Positions 38,524 to 50,575 of a DNA stretch of 64,000 bases are shown in pieces; position 1 is the stretch's first letter, and each line of letters opens with the position of its first letter. A model generated the notes under the pieces. The model ran no database searches. It was not told the DNA's origin and was given only the letters and a program-made list of their open reading frames with translations. The DNA lies in NCBI RefSeq assembly GCF_963921235.1, contig NC_086108.1, forward strand, positions 88,352,001 through 88,416,000, in the 5' to 3' direction. The stretch comes from Mobula hypostoma. Lineage: Eukaryota. The position numbers and the translations under genes were made by a program.

Positions 38524-40738
38524 TGATATGCGGTTTTTGGCTTATGCTAAACATAGCATTTAACCTGATGGCCAAAAAACCCAATTTTAGTTTCATCAGA
38601 CCATAGAACCTTCTTCCAGCTGACTTCAGAGTCTCCCACATGCTTTCTGGCAAACTCTAGCCAAGATTTTGTGTGAATTTTTTTCAACAGGTGCTTTCTC
38701 GTTGCCACTCTCCCATAAAGCTGCGAATGTTGAAGCACCAAGGCAACAGTTGTTGAATGTGCAGTCTCCTATCTCAGCCACTGAAGCTTGTAACTCCTCC
38801 AGAGTTGTCATAGGTCTCTTGGTGTCCTCCCTCACTAGTTCCTGTCTTGCACAGTCACTCAGTTTTTGAGGATGGCCTGCTCCAGGCAGATTTACAGCTG
38901 TGCCATATTCTTTCCATTTCTTGTACTGTCCTTAACTGTACTCCAAGGAATATTCAGTGACTTGGAAATTTTCTTGTATCCGTCTCCTGACTTGTGCTTT
39001 TCTATAATCTTTTTACAGAGTTACTTGGAGCGTTCTTTTGTCTTCCTGGTATAGTTTTTGCCAGGATACTGACTCACCAGTATTTGGACCCTCCAGATCA
39101 GGTGTATTTTTACTACAATCAATTGAAACACCTTGACTGCACACAGTGATCTCCATTTAACTAATTGTGTGACTTCTTAAACCAATTGACTGTACCACTG
39201 GTGATGTCATTTTGGGGGGGTCAATATTTATGCAATCAATTACTTTGTGTTATACATTTGTAAATAATTTAGATCACTTTCTGGAGATCCGTTTTCACCT
39301 TGATACAAAAATCTTTTTCTGTTAATCAGGGTTAAAAAAAACAAATTAAATCCACTGTGATTCAATGTTGTAAAACATTAAAACATGAAAACTTCTGGGG
39401 GGGGTGAATACTTCTTATGGGCACTGTAACTAGCAATACCACATAGTCCTATTCAACATAGGGGACATAACTTGTCTTGATGTTGCTTTCTAAGAAATAA
39501 AGCAAAATGTGGAATTTATTGCCACAGACGATTGTGGAGGCCGTCATTGGGTATATTTAAAGCAGAGGTTGATGGTTTCTTGGTTATGGGGAGAAGGCAG
39601 GAGGAAGACAATGAAGAGAGATAATAAATCAGCCATGATGGGCCTTACGGCCTAATGCTGCTCGTATGTCTTAATATCTGTCACTTAATTATGACAAAGT
39701 AGCTGCCCATCTTTGGCCAATTATTTTAGAAGACAATTAAATTGTTAATATATTATTATATAAGTATTGTAGGTATCCATTTACAGACAACATTCTGTCT
39801 TAGGAAACATATTAACTCTTTCACAAAACCAGTCTGTGGACATGCAATCAACACACTGCTATTGGCTTTATGAAGGATCAAGATGGTTCAAAGATCAAGG
39901 ATCATCTTTATTCACCATACTGTATACAATTACAGTATATTAGGAAAATGAGTCAATCAAACTAAAAGTTAACAGTTAAGAACATGTTACTACTCAGTTG
40001 TCAGTTCAAGTTTATCCACAGAGTTTATAATGGTTCAGGGCAGTAGCTACCAAGCCTTAAAGAGAATTATCTCATGACTTGGTATGTCCTTCAATACTAT
40101 CATGAACAAAAGTACATTTTTAACATAAAAATGAGGCTGGTAAACAGCAGTTAAACGAAAGTTTGCCTCTGGAGGAGACAATAGAAGTGAACTTCCACAG
40201 GACTTCTAACTTTCTTTGACTGTATAACTTTGGAATAATGCAGTAATTTAGTGAAATAACATCAGAAGAGTTCCCTTGAAATTTCACCCATAGTTTCATA
40301 ACTGTATAAAAAAAGTCTTGAGAGGTAGGCTTTTCTGATCAAGGGTGTGGACTATGCTCATAAAGGAGCCTGCATAATACTCTGCCTAAAGAAAGAATCT
40401 TAACTTTTTTTTAAGGGCAAACAAGAGAAAATCTGAAGATGCTTTTTTTTAAAGGGTTTTGACTTTCCTATATTTGCTTTATTAGGAAAGCCAATAGCGT
40501 CACGTGCAAAATAACTGGTAATTTAGTGAGGTTAAATTCAATGAAATTCTTTGGATTTATTTTAAATTACAATGAACCCACTTCCAGTCAAATCTGCCAA
40601 GTGAACAGAATTCTGCTATATGTAATTCTGTTCAATCAATATGCCCTGGATGAAACTCTGTTCATGAGATTAACTGGACTTTCCTGGTTTCATCGTGATG
40701 CTTCCCTGTAAACCACAGGTGAGATTGAAATAGTTTAC

Positions 40739-40874
40739 CTTTAAAGTCAACAGCACATGGTTTCTTGGTCTTCTTCAGAGTTCCAAGAGTTACTTCCAAA
40801 TCATGTACCTTGATTCGAGAAATCTTCAGTTCCTGCCTCAGGTCATTTATCTCCTTAATTAAAGCAACATTTTC
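40739..40874 (-). CDS. CFAP57: CFAP57 coding exon (136 nt)
   Basis: TTTTCTCAG acceptor and GTAAAC donor. [27 protein letters not shown].. resembles human ENVSLIKEINELRRELK. Confidence 0.92.
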
Positions 40875-40903
40875 CTGAGAAAATGAAAAAGATTGGCTTA
40901 GAA

Positions 40904-41041
40904 CAACAGGAATTCTGCAGATGCTGGAAATTCAAGCAACATACATAAAAGTTGCTGGTGAACGCAGCAGGCCAGGCAGGATCTCTAGGAAGAGGTGCAG
41001 TCGACGTTTCAGGCCGAGACCCTTCGTCAGAACCCTTCGTC
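40904..41041 (-). mobile_element. 138-bp PLE-derived hammerhead insertion beside a CFAP57 acceptor
   Basis: 15-bp TSD AAGATTGGCTTAGAA at 40889-40903 and 41042-41056. Hammerhead motif on the minus strand at 40998-41030. Confidence 0.88.
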
Positions 41042-42672
41042 AAGATTGGCTTAGAAATTTGTTCCCAACTAAAAGCAGAGTGAATACCAGAAGTGGTTAC
41101 AATATTGTGTGTCTGTAATTACAAGGAAAAATGGGGAAGTGATAACCACCTCCTGTTAGACTGTTTGAGGTAACTTATTTTTCATTCTTTCGTACTTGTC
41201 TTCTAATATTTATATATCTGTGTATTTGTAATGCTACTGTGATACTGTAATTTCCTTTGGGATCAAAAAAGTATCTACAGTATCTCTCTATAATGGATCC
41301 CAATAGTTCAACAATAACTAGCTTAAGTTTAAAATGGAAGCATAACTTTCTACAATGGTTCTTGATTAAGTCATATGGGACCATGTTATAAATGAGCAAT
41401 AATGGTAAACAGTCATATTATTAAAATTATTTTTTATGTTTTAACATCATGATTCATTTAAAAAAAAATCTTTCTGCAGACTCTAATGCCAACATCATTA
41501 TACAACTCCTTATAGTACATTCATTTAGTACACTTAACTTCCCCAATGTGCTTAACTAATGATTATCAGACCCAAACAAGATGCAGAGATGGAGAAGAAA
41601 TGATCAAAAAGAACTGAATTTTAGAAAGGGCTAGATAGAAGTCAAAGGTAGAGATACAGACGTAGCAGGGAGCTTGTTGATAGCTTCAGTCTTTCTGCTG
41701 CAAGGAAAATGGCTCTTTATACACCTGATGCTGGAGAGTGAAAGAGACGTGAATGGAGGATCTGAGGAAGAACAGAGAGTGGATAGGGGAGGATATTACT
41801 GCCAATTGGTTATAGATTTTGAGACTTAAAGATATCCAAATTTAAAGAATTTGCTGATGTAACATCAACTTAGCATGTTGAGTACTTCTCTGAAATATTT
41901 TCCAATTTTGATGCTTGAAATCACATTTGAGGAAGGTACTGCTTCAATTCACCTGTAACACACCCGTTACTTTCCAATCGTCAGCTGACCAAGGGGAGAA
42001 CATTTTGTTCTGGCAGCTGGGCTGACCATGTCACAATTAGGGCTTCAAACTCAAAGGATCAGGTTCCTGAAAATATGTCCTCTAAATAACTGTTTAATGC
42101 TGAAAGCTTTTTTACGCTCACATGTAATGTCCTATACAATGTGCATTAGAGGGTGACTGTACATAAAAGAATGCAAGCCTATAATAGAACATAACTAATC
42201 TTCCAACAATTAATTTAAGTGGATGATAACTCGGATAGTTCCAGAACATTTTCCGTCACATTTTCCTCGGTGCTTCTCCAGGTGATTATTTAATGTCTAG
42301 CACAGCTAAATCTGTTTATTGTGAAGGACAATAACATTAATTCAAACACACATTAGTTTATGCAATTCTTATGAGGGCTGCTGAATGTTTAGAGATTGTT
42401 TATTGTAATTCTTCAGTACACAAGGGTAAAGGAGAACTAAATATTATATGATATTATTCCATGAACACTTAAACATAGTGATGTTGAATTTTCCATGGGA
42501 AAATTAATAACAAGATAAATATAACTAAAATGCTAGGCTTCAGTCATTCACAGGATGTAAAATATCTAGTCTATCAGACATGTAGAAAACAAACTTATTA
42601 AAGTTTATTACAGTTAATTAAAATTATTAACCATTAATGTAATATTCTGTTGCTTCGACTGGGATTTCCTAC

Positions 42673-42816
42673 CTGCATGATACGGACATTGTCAATACGA
42701 TGAATTTCTGCATCTGTCAGTAGTTTTTTCTGAAGTGTTGCAATGCTTTTTTCCAGGTGATTTCTTTGTCGCCCAAATTCTTGCTGAATGTCTAAATCAA
42801 TGGCTGCAATATCAAA
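42673..42816 (-). CDS. CFAP57: CFAP57 coding exon (144 nt)
   Basis: TTGTTAG acceptor and GTAGG donor. FDIAAIDLDIQQEFGRQRNHLEKSIATLQKKLLTDAEIHRIDNVRIMQ resembles human [33 protein letters not shown]. Not in the ORF track. Confidence 0.92.
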
Positions 42817-43335
42817 CTAACAAGTAGAAAATAGTTAAACCTGAAAAACTATTTAATTTGGTGTATTAAATTAAAAAATAGATTTCCTCATGCAAATGGA
42901 AAAGGCGTGTCAGAAGGGCAATGTCATGATAATCGTTGGGGATTTTAACATGAAAGTGGATTGGAAAAATGTGGTACTGGACCTTAAGAGAGAGAATTTG
43001 TAGAATGTCTAAAGGATGGCTTTTTAGAACAGCTTGTTGTTGAGCCCACTAGGGCATTGGCTGTGCTGTATTGGGTGTTCTGCAATGATCCAGAGGTGAT
43101 AAGAGAGCTTAAGGTTAAGGAACCCTAAGGGAACAGTGATCACAATATGATCGAGTTCACTTTGAAATTTGAGGAGAAACCAAATTCCAATGTGTCAGTA
43201 TTTCAGTGGAATAAAGGAAATTACAATGGCATGAGAGGGGAACTGGTCAAAGTTGACTGGAAAGGGACACCAGCAGGAAGGACAGCAGAGCAGCAATGGC
43301 TGGAGTTGCTGTGAAAAATGAGGGAAGTGAAGATA

Positions 43336-45571
43336 CAATTGAAGTCAGAAGTTTACATACATCTTAGCCAAATACATTAAAACTCTGTTTTTCACAATTC
43401 CTGACATTTAATCCTAGAAAACATTCCCTGTATTAGGTCAGTTAGGATCACTACTTTATTTTAAGAATGTGAAATGTCAGAATAATAGTAGAGAGAATGA
43501 TTTATTTCAGCTTTTATTTCTTTCATCACTTTCCCAGTGGGTCAGAAGTTTACATACACTTTTTTAGTATTTGGCAGCATTGCAATTTAAATTGTTTAAC
43601 TTGGGTGAAACGTTTTGGATAAATTTCCACAAGCTTCTCACAGTAAGTTGCTGGAATCTTGTTCCACTCCTCCAGACAGAACTGGTATAACTGAGTCAGG
43701 TTTGTAGGCCTCCTTGCTCGCACTTGCTTTTTCAGTTCTGCCCACAAATTTTCTATTGGTTTGAGGTCAGAAAATGATATCAAGTCTGGTTCATCCTTGG
43801 GAGCAATTTCCAAATGCCTGAAGGTACCACGTTCATCTGTACAAACAATAATACGCAAGTATAAACACTATGGGACCACGCAGCTGTCATACCACTCAGG
43901 AAGGAGATGCATTCTGTCTCCAAGAGATGAACGTACTTTGGCGCGAAAAGAGCAAATCAATCCCAGAACAACAACAAAAGACCTTGTGAATATGCTGGAG
44001 GAAACAGGTAGACAAGTATCTATATCCACAGTAAAATGAGTCCTATATCAACATAACCTGAAAGGCTGCTCAGCAAGGAAGAAGCCACTGCTCCAAAACC
44101 ACCATAAAAAAGCCAGACTACAGTTTGCAAGTGCACATGGGGACAAAGATCTTACTTTTTGGAGAATTATCCTCTGGTCTGAGGAAACAAAAATTGAACT
44201 GTTTGGCCATAATGACCATCATTATGTTTGGAGGAAAAGGGGTGAGGCTTGCAAGCCGACGAACACCATCCCAACCGTGAAGCATGGGGGTGGCAGCATC
44301 ATGTTGTGGAGGTGCTTTGCTGCAGGAGGGACTGGTGCACTTCACAAAATAGATGGCATCATAAGGAAGGAAAATTATGTGGATATATTGAAGCAGAATA
44401 TATTGAAGCTTCTCGAGACATCAGCCAGGAAGTTAAAGCTCGGCTGCAAATGGGTCTTCCAAATGGCCAATGACCCCAAGCATACCTCCAAAGTTGTGGC
44501 AAAATTGCTTAAGGACAACAAAGTCAAGGTATTGGAGTGGCCATCGCAAAGCCCTGACCTCAATCTGATAAAAAATTTGTGGGCAGAACTGAAAAAGCGT
44601 GTGCGAGCAAGGAGACCTACAAACCTGACTCAGGTACACCAGTTCTGTCTGGAGGAATAGAACAAAATTCCAGCAATTTACTGTGAGAAGCTTGTGGAAG
44701 TCAACCCAAAATGTTTCACCCAAGTTAAACAATTTAAAAGGCAATGCTACCAAATACTAACAAAGTGTATGTAAACTTCTGACCCACTGGGAAAGTGATG
44801 AAAGAAATAAAAGCTGTCAAGTATGATGCACAATTATGATTTGATGGAGGCAGACGTGAGAGCACGGAGGAACATTTAGTGAAACTTCTGAAATGCCTAT
44901 TTCGCTGCCGCCGCTACTGTGTGATCTAAAATCTCCGGAGGGTAAGGCCCTGAATCCTTGGCTTTGCTTGTTGTTTGGCGGCCGGGGTGGGGTCGAAGTG
45001 CTCGGCAGAGATGATGCTTGGTGTTCAGTGTCGGAGGGCCGGTCAGAGGCTCGAAGTTTTTGGACGGACTCAGAGTTGGACTGTGGTCGGGTGCTTCAGG
45101 ATGCTGCATTAGCAAGTTTGCGGCGCTGGAAGCTCATGTCAGGGAGAGTTTCTCCCTTCTACCGTTTGCGTGAGATGTTGGGGCTATTGGGACTTTGAGA
45201 CTTTTTTTTAACTGTGCCCATGGTCTGCTCTTATCAAATTATGTTATAATTATGTGTTTTTTGTTAGTTTTAATCTTGGTCTGTCTTGTGTTTCTGTGAT
45301 ATCATTCTGGAGGAACATTGTATCATTTTTTAATGCATGCATTTCTAAATGACAATAAATGAGGACTGAGTGTCCTCATAATCTAATCTAAAAAAGCTGA
45401 AATAAATCATTCTCTCTACTATTATTCTGACATTTCACATTCTTAAAATAAAGTAGTGATCCTAACTGGCCTAATACAGGGAATGTTTTCTAGGATTAAA
45501 TGTCAGAAATTGTGAAAAACTGAGTTTTAATGTATTTGGCTAAAGTGTATGTAAACTTCTGACTTCAACTG
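43336..45571 (+). mobile_element. Sleeping Beauty-like (IR/DR) Tc1 transposon, defective, with a duplicated right end
   Basis: TA-CAATTGAAGTCAGAAGTTTACATAC..GTATGTAAACTTCTGACTTCAACTG-TA. Transposase [62 protein letters not shown]. Confidence 0.95.
44817..45391 (+). mobile_element. Non-coding retroposon (same family as 3650-4316) inserted in the Tc1 right inverted repeat
   Basis: TSD AAAAGCTG at 44809-44816 and 45392-45399. 3' end GAGGAC-TGAGT-GTCCTC-ATAATCTAATCT. Confidence 0.85.
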
Positions 45572-46269
45572 TATATTCCAAATAAGAAGAATTTTTCGAA
45601 TGGAAGAATGACACTAAGAAGGTCATTAGGAAGGAAAAGATGAATTATGAAAAGAAGCTGGCAACTAACATCAAAGAAAATATTAAAATATTTTTTAAGT
45701 ATTTAAAGGGTAAATAAGAGTTGAGGGTAGATATGGGACCAATAGAAAATGATGCTGGAGACATTGTAATGAGAGACACAGAGACTGCAGTGGAACTGAA
45801 TGAGTATTTTGCATCAGTTTTCACAGTGGAAAACACCTGTAGTATACCAGACTTTCAAGAGTGTTAGGGAAGTGAAGTATGTGCAGAGAAAATTATGACG
45901 GAGAAGGTGCTCAGGAAGTTTAATGGTTAGAGGGTGGATAAATCTCCTGGACCTGATGGAGTGCGCCCTCTGATTCTGAAGGAAGTAACTGGAGAGATTG
46001 CCGAGGCATGAACAATGATCTTTCAAGAATTGATAGATTCTGGCATTGTACCGGATGACTACAAATGTTACTCCACTACTTAAGAAGGGTGAGAGGCAGT
46101 AGAAAAGAAACTATAGACCTGTTCGCCTGACATCAGTGGTTGGGAAGTTGTTGGAATCGATTGTCAGGGATGAGATTACAGAGTACCTGGAGGCACATGA
46201 CAAAATAGGCCAAAGCCAGCATGGTTTCCTGAAGGAAAATCCTGTCTGACAGACCTACTGCAATGTTTT

Positions 46270-47757
46270 AGACCATAAGACCATAAGACAAAGGAGCAGA
46301 AGTCGGCCATTCGGCCCATCGAGTCTGCTCTGCCATTTTATCATGAGCTGATCCATTCTCACATTTAGTCCCACTCCCCCACCTTCTCACCATAACCTTT
46401 GATGCCCTGGCTACTCAGATACCTATCAATCTCTGCCTTAAATACACCCAATGACTTGGCCTCCAGTGCTGCCCGTGGCAACAAATCCCATAAATTCACC
46501 ACCCTCTGACTAAAAAAATTTCTTCGCATTTCTGTTCTGAATGGGCGCCCTTCAATCCTTAAGTCATGCCCTCTTGTACTAGACTCCCCCATCATGGGAA
46601 ACAACTTTGCCACATCCACTCTGTCCATGCCTTTCAACATTCGAAATGTTTCTATGAGGTCTCCCCTCATTCTTCTAAACTCCAAGGAATACAGTCCAAG
46701 AGTGGACAAACGTTCCTCATATGTTAACCCTCTCATTCCCGGAAGCATTCTAGTGAATCTCCTCTGTACCCTCTCCAAGGTCAGCACATCCTTTCTTAAA
46801 TAAGGAGACCAAAACTGCCCACAGTACTCCAAGTGAGGTCTCACCAGCACCTTATAGAGCCTCAACATCGCATCCCTGTTCCTATACTCTATTCCTCTAG
46901 AAATGAATGCCAACATTGCATTTGCCTTCTTCACTACCGACTCAACCTGGAGGTTAACTTTAAGGGTATCCTGTACGAGGACTCCCCAGTCCCATTGCAT
47001 CTCAGAACTTTGAATTCTTTCCCCATTTAAATAATAGTCTGCCTGTTTATTTTTTCTGCCAAAGTGCATAACCATACACTTTCCAACATTGTACTTCATT
47101 TGCCACTTCTCTGCCCATTCTTCCAATCTATCCAAGTCTCTCTGCAGACTCTCTGTTTCCTCAGCACTACCAGCCCCTCCACCTATCTTCGTATCGTCAG
47201 CAAACTTAGCCACAAAGCCACCTATTCCATAATCCAAATCGTTGATGTACAATGTAAAAAGAAGTGGCCCCAACACGGACCCCTGTGGAACACCACTGGT
47301 AACCGGCAGCCAACCAGAATAGGATCCCTTTATTCCCACTCTCTGTTTCCTGCCAATCAGCCAATACTCTATCCACATATGTAACTTCCCCGTAATTTCA
47401 TGAGCTCTTATCTTGTTAAGTGTGTCATGTGTGGCACCTTGGCAAAGGCCTTCTGAAAATCCAAATATACAACATCCACTACATCTCCCTTGTCTAGCCT
47501 ACTGGTAATTTCCTCAAAAAATTGTAATAGGTTTGTCAGGCAGGATTTTCCTTTAAGGAATCCATGCTGAGTTCTGCCTATCCTGTCATATGCCTCCAGG
47601 TACTCTGTAACATCATCCTTGACAATCGACTCCAACAACTTCCCAACCACCGATGTCAAGCTAACAGGTCTATAATTTCCTTTTTGCTTCCTTGCCCCCT
47701 TCTTAAATATCAGAGTGACATTTGCAATCTTCCAGTCCTCCGGAACCATGCCAGTTT
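46270..47757 (-). mobile_element. Young CR1 3' fragment with an open 337-aa RT C-terminus, inserted antisense in the older CR1
   Basis: ORF 46365..47378 TSGVPQGSVLGP..AKFADDTKIGG. (TCTTATGG)n tail at ~46270-46290. Confidence 0.92.
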
Positions 47758-50029
47758 TGAGGAACTTACAAGCAGGGTAGACAAAAGAGATGTAGTAGAT
47801 GTGGCGTACTTGGATTTTCAGAAGGCCTTTGACAAAGTGCTGCACATGAGGCTGCTTAGCAAGATAAGAGCCCATGGGATCCATTGATCATGTGGATAGT
47901 CAGAGGCTTTTTCCCAGGGCTGAAATGACTATCACGAGAGGGCACAGTTTTAAGGTGCTTAGAAGTAAGTACCGAGGAGATGTCAGGGGTAAGTTTTTTT
48001 ACGCAGGGTGTGGTGAGTGCGTGGAATGGGCTGCCGGTGATGGTAATGGAGGCGGATACAATAGGGCCTTTTAAGAGACTTCTGTTCAGGTACATGGAGC
48101 TTAGGGAAATAGAGGGCTGTGGGTAACCCTAGGTAAGTTCTAAAGTAAATACATGTTCAGCACAGCATTGTGGGCCGAAGGGCCTGTATTGTGCTGTAGT
48201 TTTTCTATGTTTCTATGGAATTAGACGGGAGTTACTAGCATTGGTGGAGCATTGGCTGATCAGCAGAAAATCAAGAGTGGGAATAAAGGGATCATATTCT
48301 GGGTGGCTGCTGTTACCAGTGGAGTTCCACAGGGGTCGGTGTTGGGACCGCTGCTTTTTATGATGTATGTCAATGATTCGGACTATGAGATCAATGGATT
48401 TGTGGCTAACTTTGCCGATGATACAAAGATAGGTGGAGGAGTGGGTAGTGTTGACGAAACAGAGAGCCTGCAGAGAGACTTAGATAGTATAGGGAATAGG
48501 CAAAGAAGTGACAAAGGAAATTCAATGTTGGAAAGTGTATGGTCGTGCACTTTGGTGGAAGAAATAAATGGGCAGACTATTATTTAGATGGGGAGAGAAT
48601 TCAAAGTGCAGAGATATAAAGGGACTTGGGAGTCCTTGTGCAGGATACCCCAAAGGGTAACCTCCAGGTTGAGTCGGTGGTGAAGAAGGCGAATACAATG
48701 TTGGCATTCATTTCTAGAGGTATAGAATATAAGAACAGGGATGTTATGCTGAGGCTCTATAAGGCACTTGTGAGACCACACTTGGAGTATTGTTTGCAGT
48801 TTTGGGCTCCTTATTTCAGAAAGGATACACTGACACTGGAGAGGATTCAGAGAAGATTCACGAGAATGATTCCAGGAATGAAAGGGTTACCGTATGAGGA
48901 ATGTCTGTCAGCTCTTGGACTGTTTTCCATGGAGTTCAGGAGAATGAGGGGGGATCTCAGAAACATTCTGAATGTTAAAAGGCCTGAACAGATTAGATAT
49001 GGCAAAGATATTTCCCATGGTAGGGGAGCCGAGGACAAGAGGGCACAACTTCAGGATTGAAGGCCATCCATTTAGAACAGAGATGCAAAAAAATTACTTT
49101 AGTCAGAGGGTAGTAAATCTGTGGAATTTGTTGCCACGAGTGGCTGTGGAAGCCAAGTTATTGGGTGTTTTTAAGGCAGAGATAGATAGGTTCTTAATTA
49201 GCCAGGGTATTAAAGGGTATGGGGACAAGGCAGGGGAATAGGAATGACTGGAAGAATTGGATCAGCCCATGATTGAATGGCAGAGCAGACTTCAAGGGCT
49301 GAATGGCCTACCTCTGCTCCTGTAACTTATGGCCAGATGGTCTAACGGGAGTTAAAAATTCTGGGAGGCAAGAATCACAATTTTGCAAATAGTTAGGCAC
49401 ATTAATGATTGAAATGGACAAAACATACCTTTCAAGACAACTAGTTTTTAATCATACAGCCTTGAACTTGATTAGACTGTATCCATTCCTATACTTTATT
49501 TATTTAACTGGGTATATGAGCATTTTTGCATAGCAATTATTTCAATAAAATTATGTTTTAGGTTACATTTTAATAATTGATGAAAAGCTACAAAAATAGA
49601 CCTTATAAGTTCTGGGATCTTATTCATACTTCGAACTAAGTTGATTCTGTGTACTTTAAAGGTGAGACTGGTGGTCAAAACAAAGTATCACAGAAGCATT
49701 GTTCCTTTTAAATCAGTCCTGATGTGCATGTTGTAACATCGTTGATATGATTTCAACTTTCACAAAACTTCCATTCCCTAAACGTGCACATTCCTTGGTC
49801 CTTAAACAAGTCTCTGATCTTTCCATATCCAACATGACTTTGCCCAAAGTTTTATTAGGCTAACAGATTGTTTTATGTTATATTAATGCATTATCAATAC
49901 TAGAAATTGCATTTTTAACAGAACTGATGTCAATGACTTTCCCCTAGAGCAGAGAAGACAAAGATAATCTAATTTAATATTTTAGAATTATGCATTGTTT
50001 GATATGATGACTTGAATTTTTTTCCCTTT

Positions 50030-50575
50030 CAGGAAAGGTGTGGAGGCTTTGGAGATAATGTAGAAAAGGTTCACCAGAATGTCACTTAGACTGAGGGTTG
50101 TTAGCTATAACGAAAAGTTGGACAAACTTGGATTGTTTGCTCTAGAGCAGTGGTTCCCAACATGGGGTCCACAGACCCTTTGCTTAATGATATTGGTCCG
50201 TGGCATAAAAAAGGTTGGGAACCCCTGCTCTGGAGTGTTGGGAGGCTGGAAACTGAAAGAACTATATAAAATAATGAAAGACATCGATGGAGTAAATAAT
50301 TAGTCTTTTTCTCCCCCAAGGTAAAAATATTGAATACTAGAGGGAATAGGTTTAAAGTGATAGGGGAAAGTTTAAAGGAGATGTGCAAGGCAAGTTTATT
50401 TTGTAACAGAGTGGTAGGTGCCTGGAACACATTGCCAGGGCAGATGGTACAAGTGCACATGATAACAATGTTTTAGAAAGATACAGGTACAGACAGGGAA
50501 CAGACGGCTAGAGACCATGTGCAGGCAGGTTAGGTTAGTCAGAAAGGGCTATTCCTGCACTCCACTGTTCTATGT
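50030..50575 (+). mobile_element. Old CR1 3' fragment
   Basis: Degenerate RFTRM..YNEKLDKLGLF..RVVGAWNTLP. Confidence 0.7.
50148..50227. mobile_element. 80-bp hAT (Charlie-type) MITE
   Basis: TIRs CAGTGGTTCCCAAC / GTTGGGAACCCCTG. 8-bp TSD CTCTAGAG / CTCTGGAG, matching the NTCTAGAN target preference. Confidence 0.85.

Larger units (their letters stand above)
34036..39426 (-). mobile_element. Tc1/mariner transposon (defective), hosting nested retroelements
   Basis: TA-CAGTGCC..GGCACTG-TA termini with ~200-bp imperfect TIRs. Transposase fragments WKKVLWSDETKI (~38580-38620) and KHGGSCIMLLGCF (~34695-34735). Confidence 0.9.
42880..49340 (+). mobile_element. CR1 LINE ORF2 host, interrupted by a Tc1, an inverted CR1 and a small CR1 fragment
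   Basis: Colinear fragments: VGDFN (~42930), KSPGPDG (~45940), YLDFQKAFDK (~47810), FADDTK (~48410), 3' end at ~49330. Confidence 0.85.

Noticed and set aside
41900..42320. Possible ancient L1/Tx1 RT remnant (KKAF-like on the minus strand)
   Set aside because: Too degenerate to support by eye.
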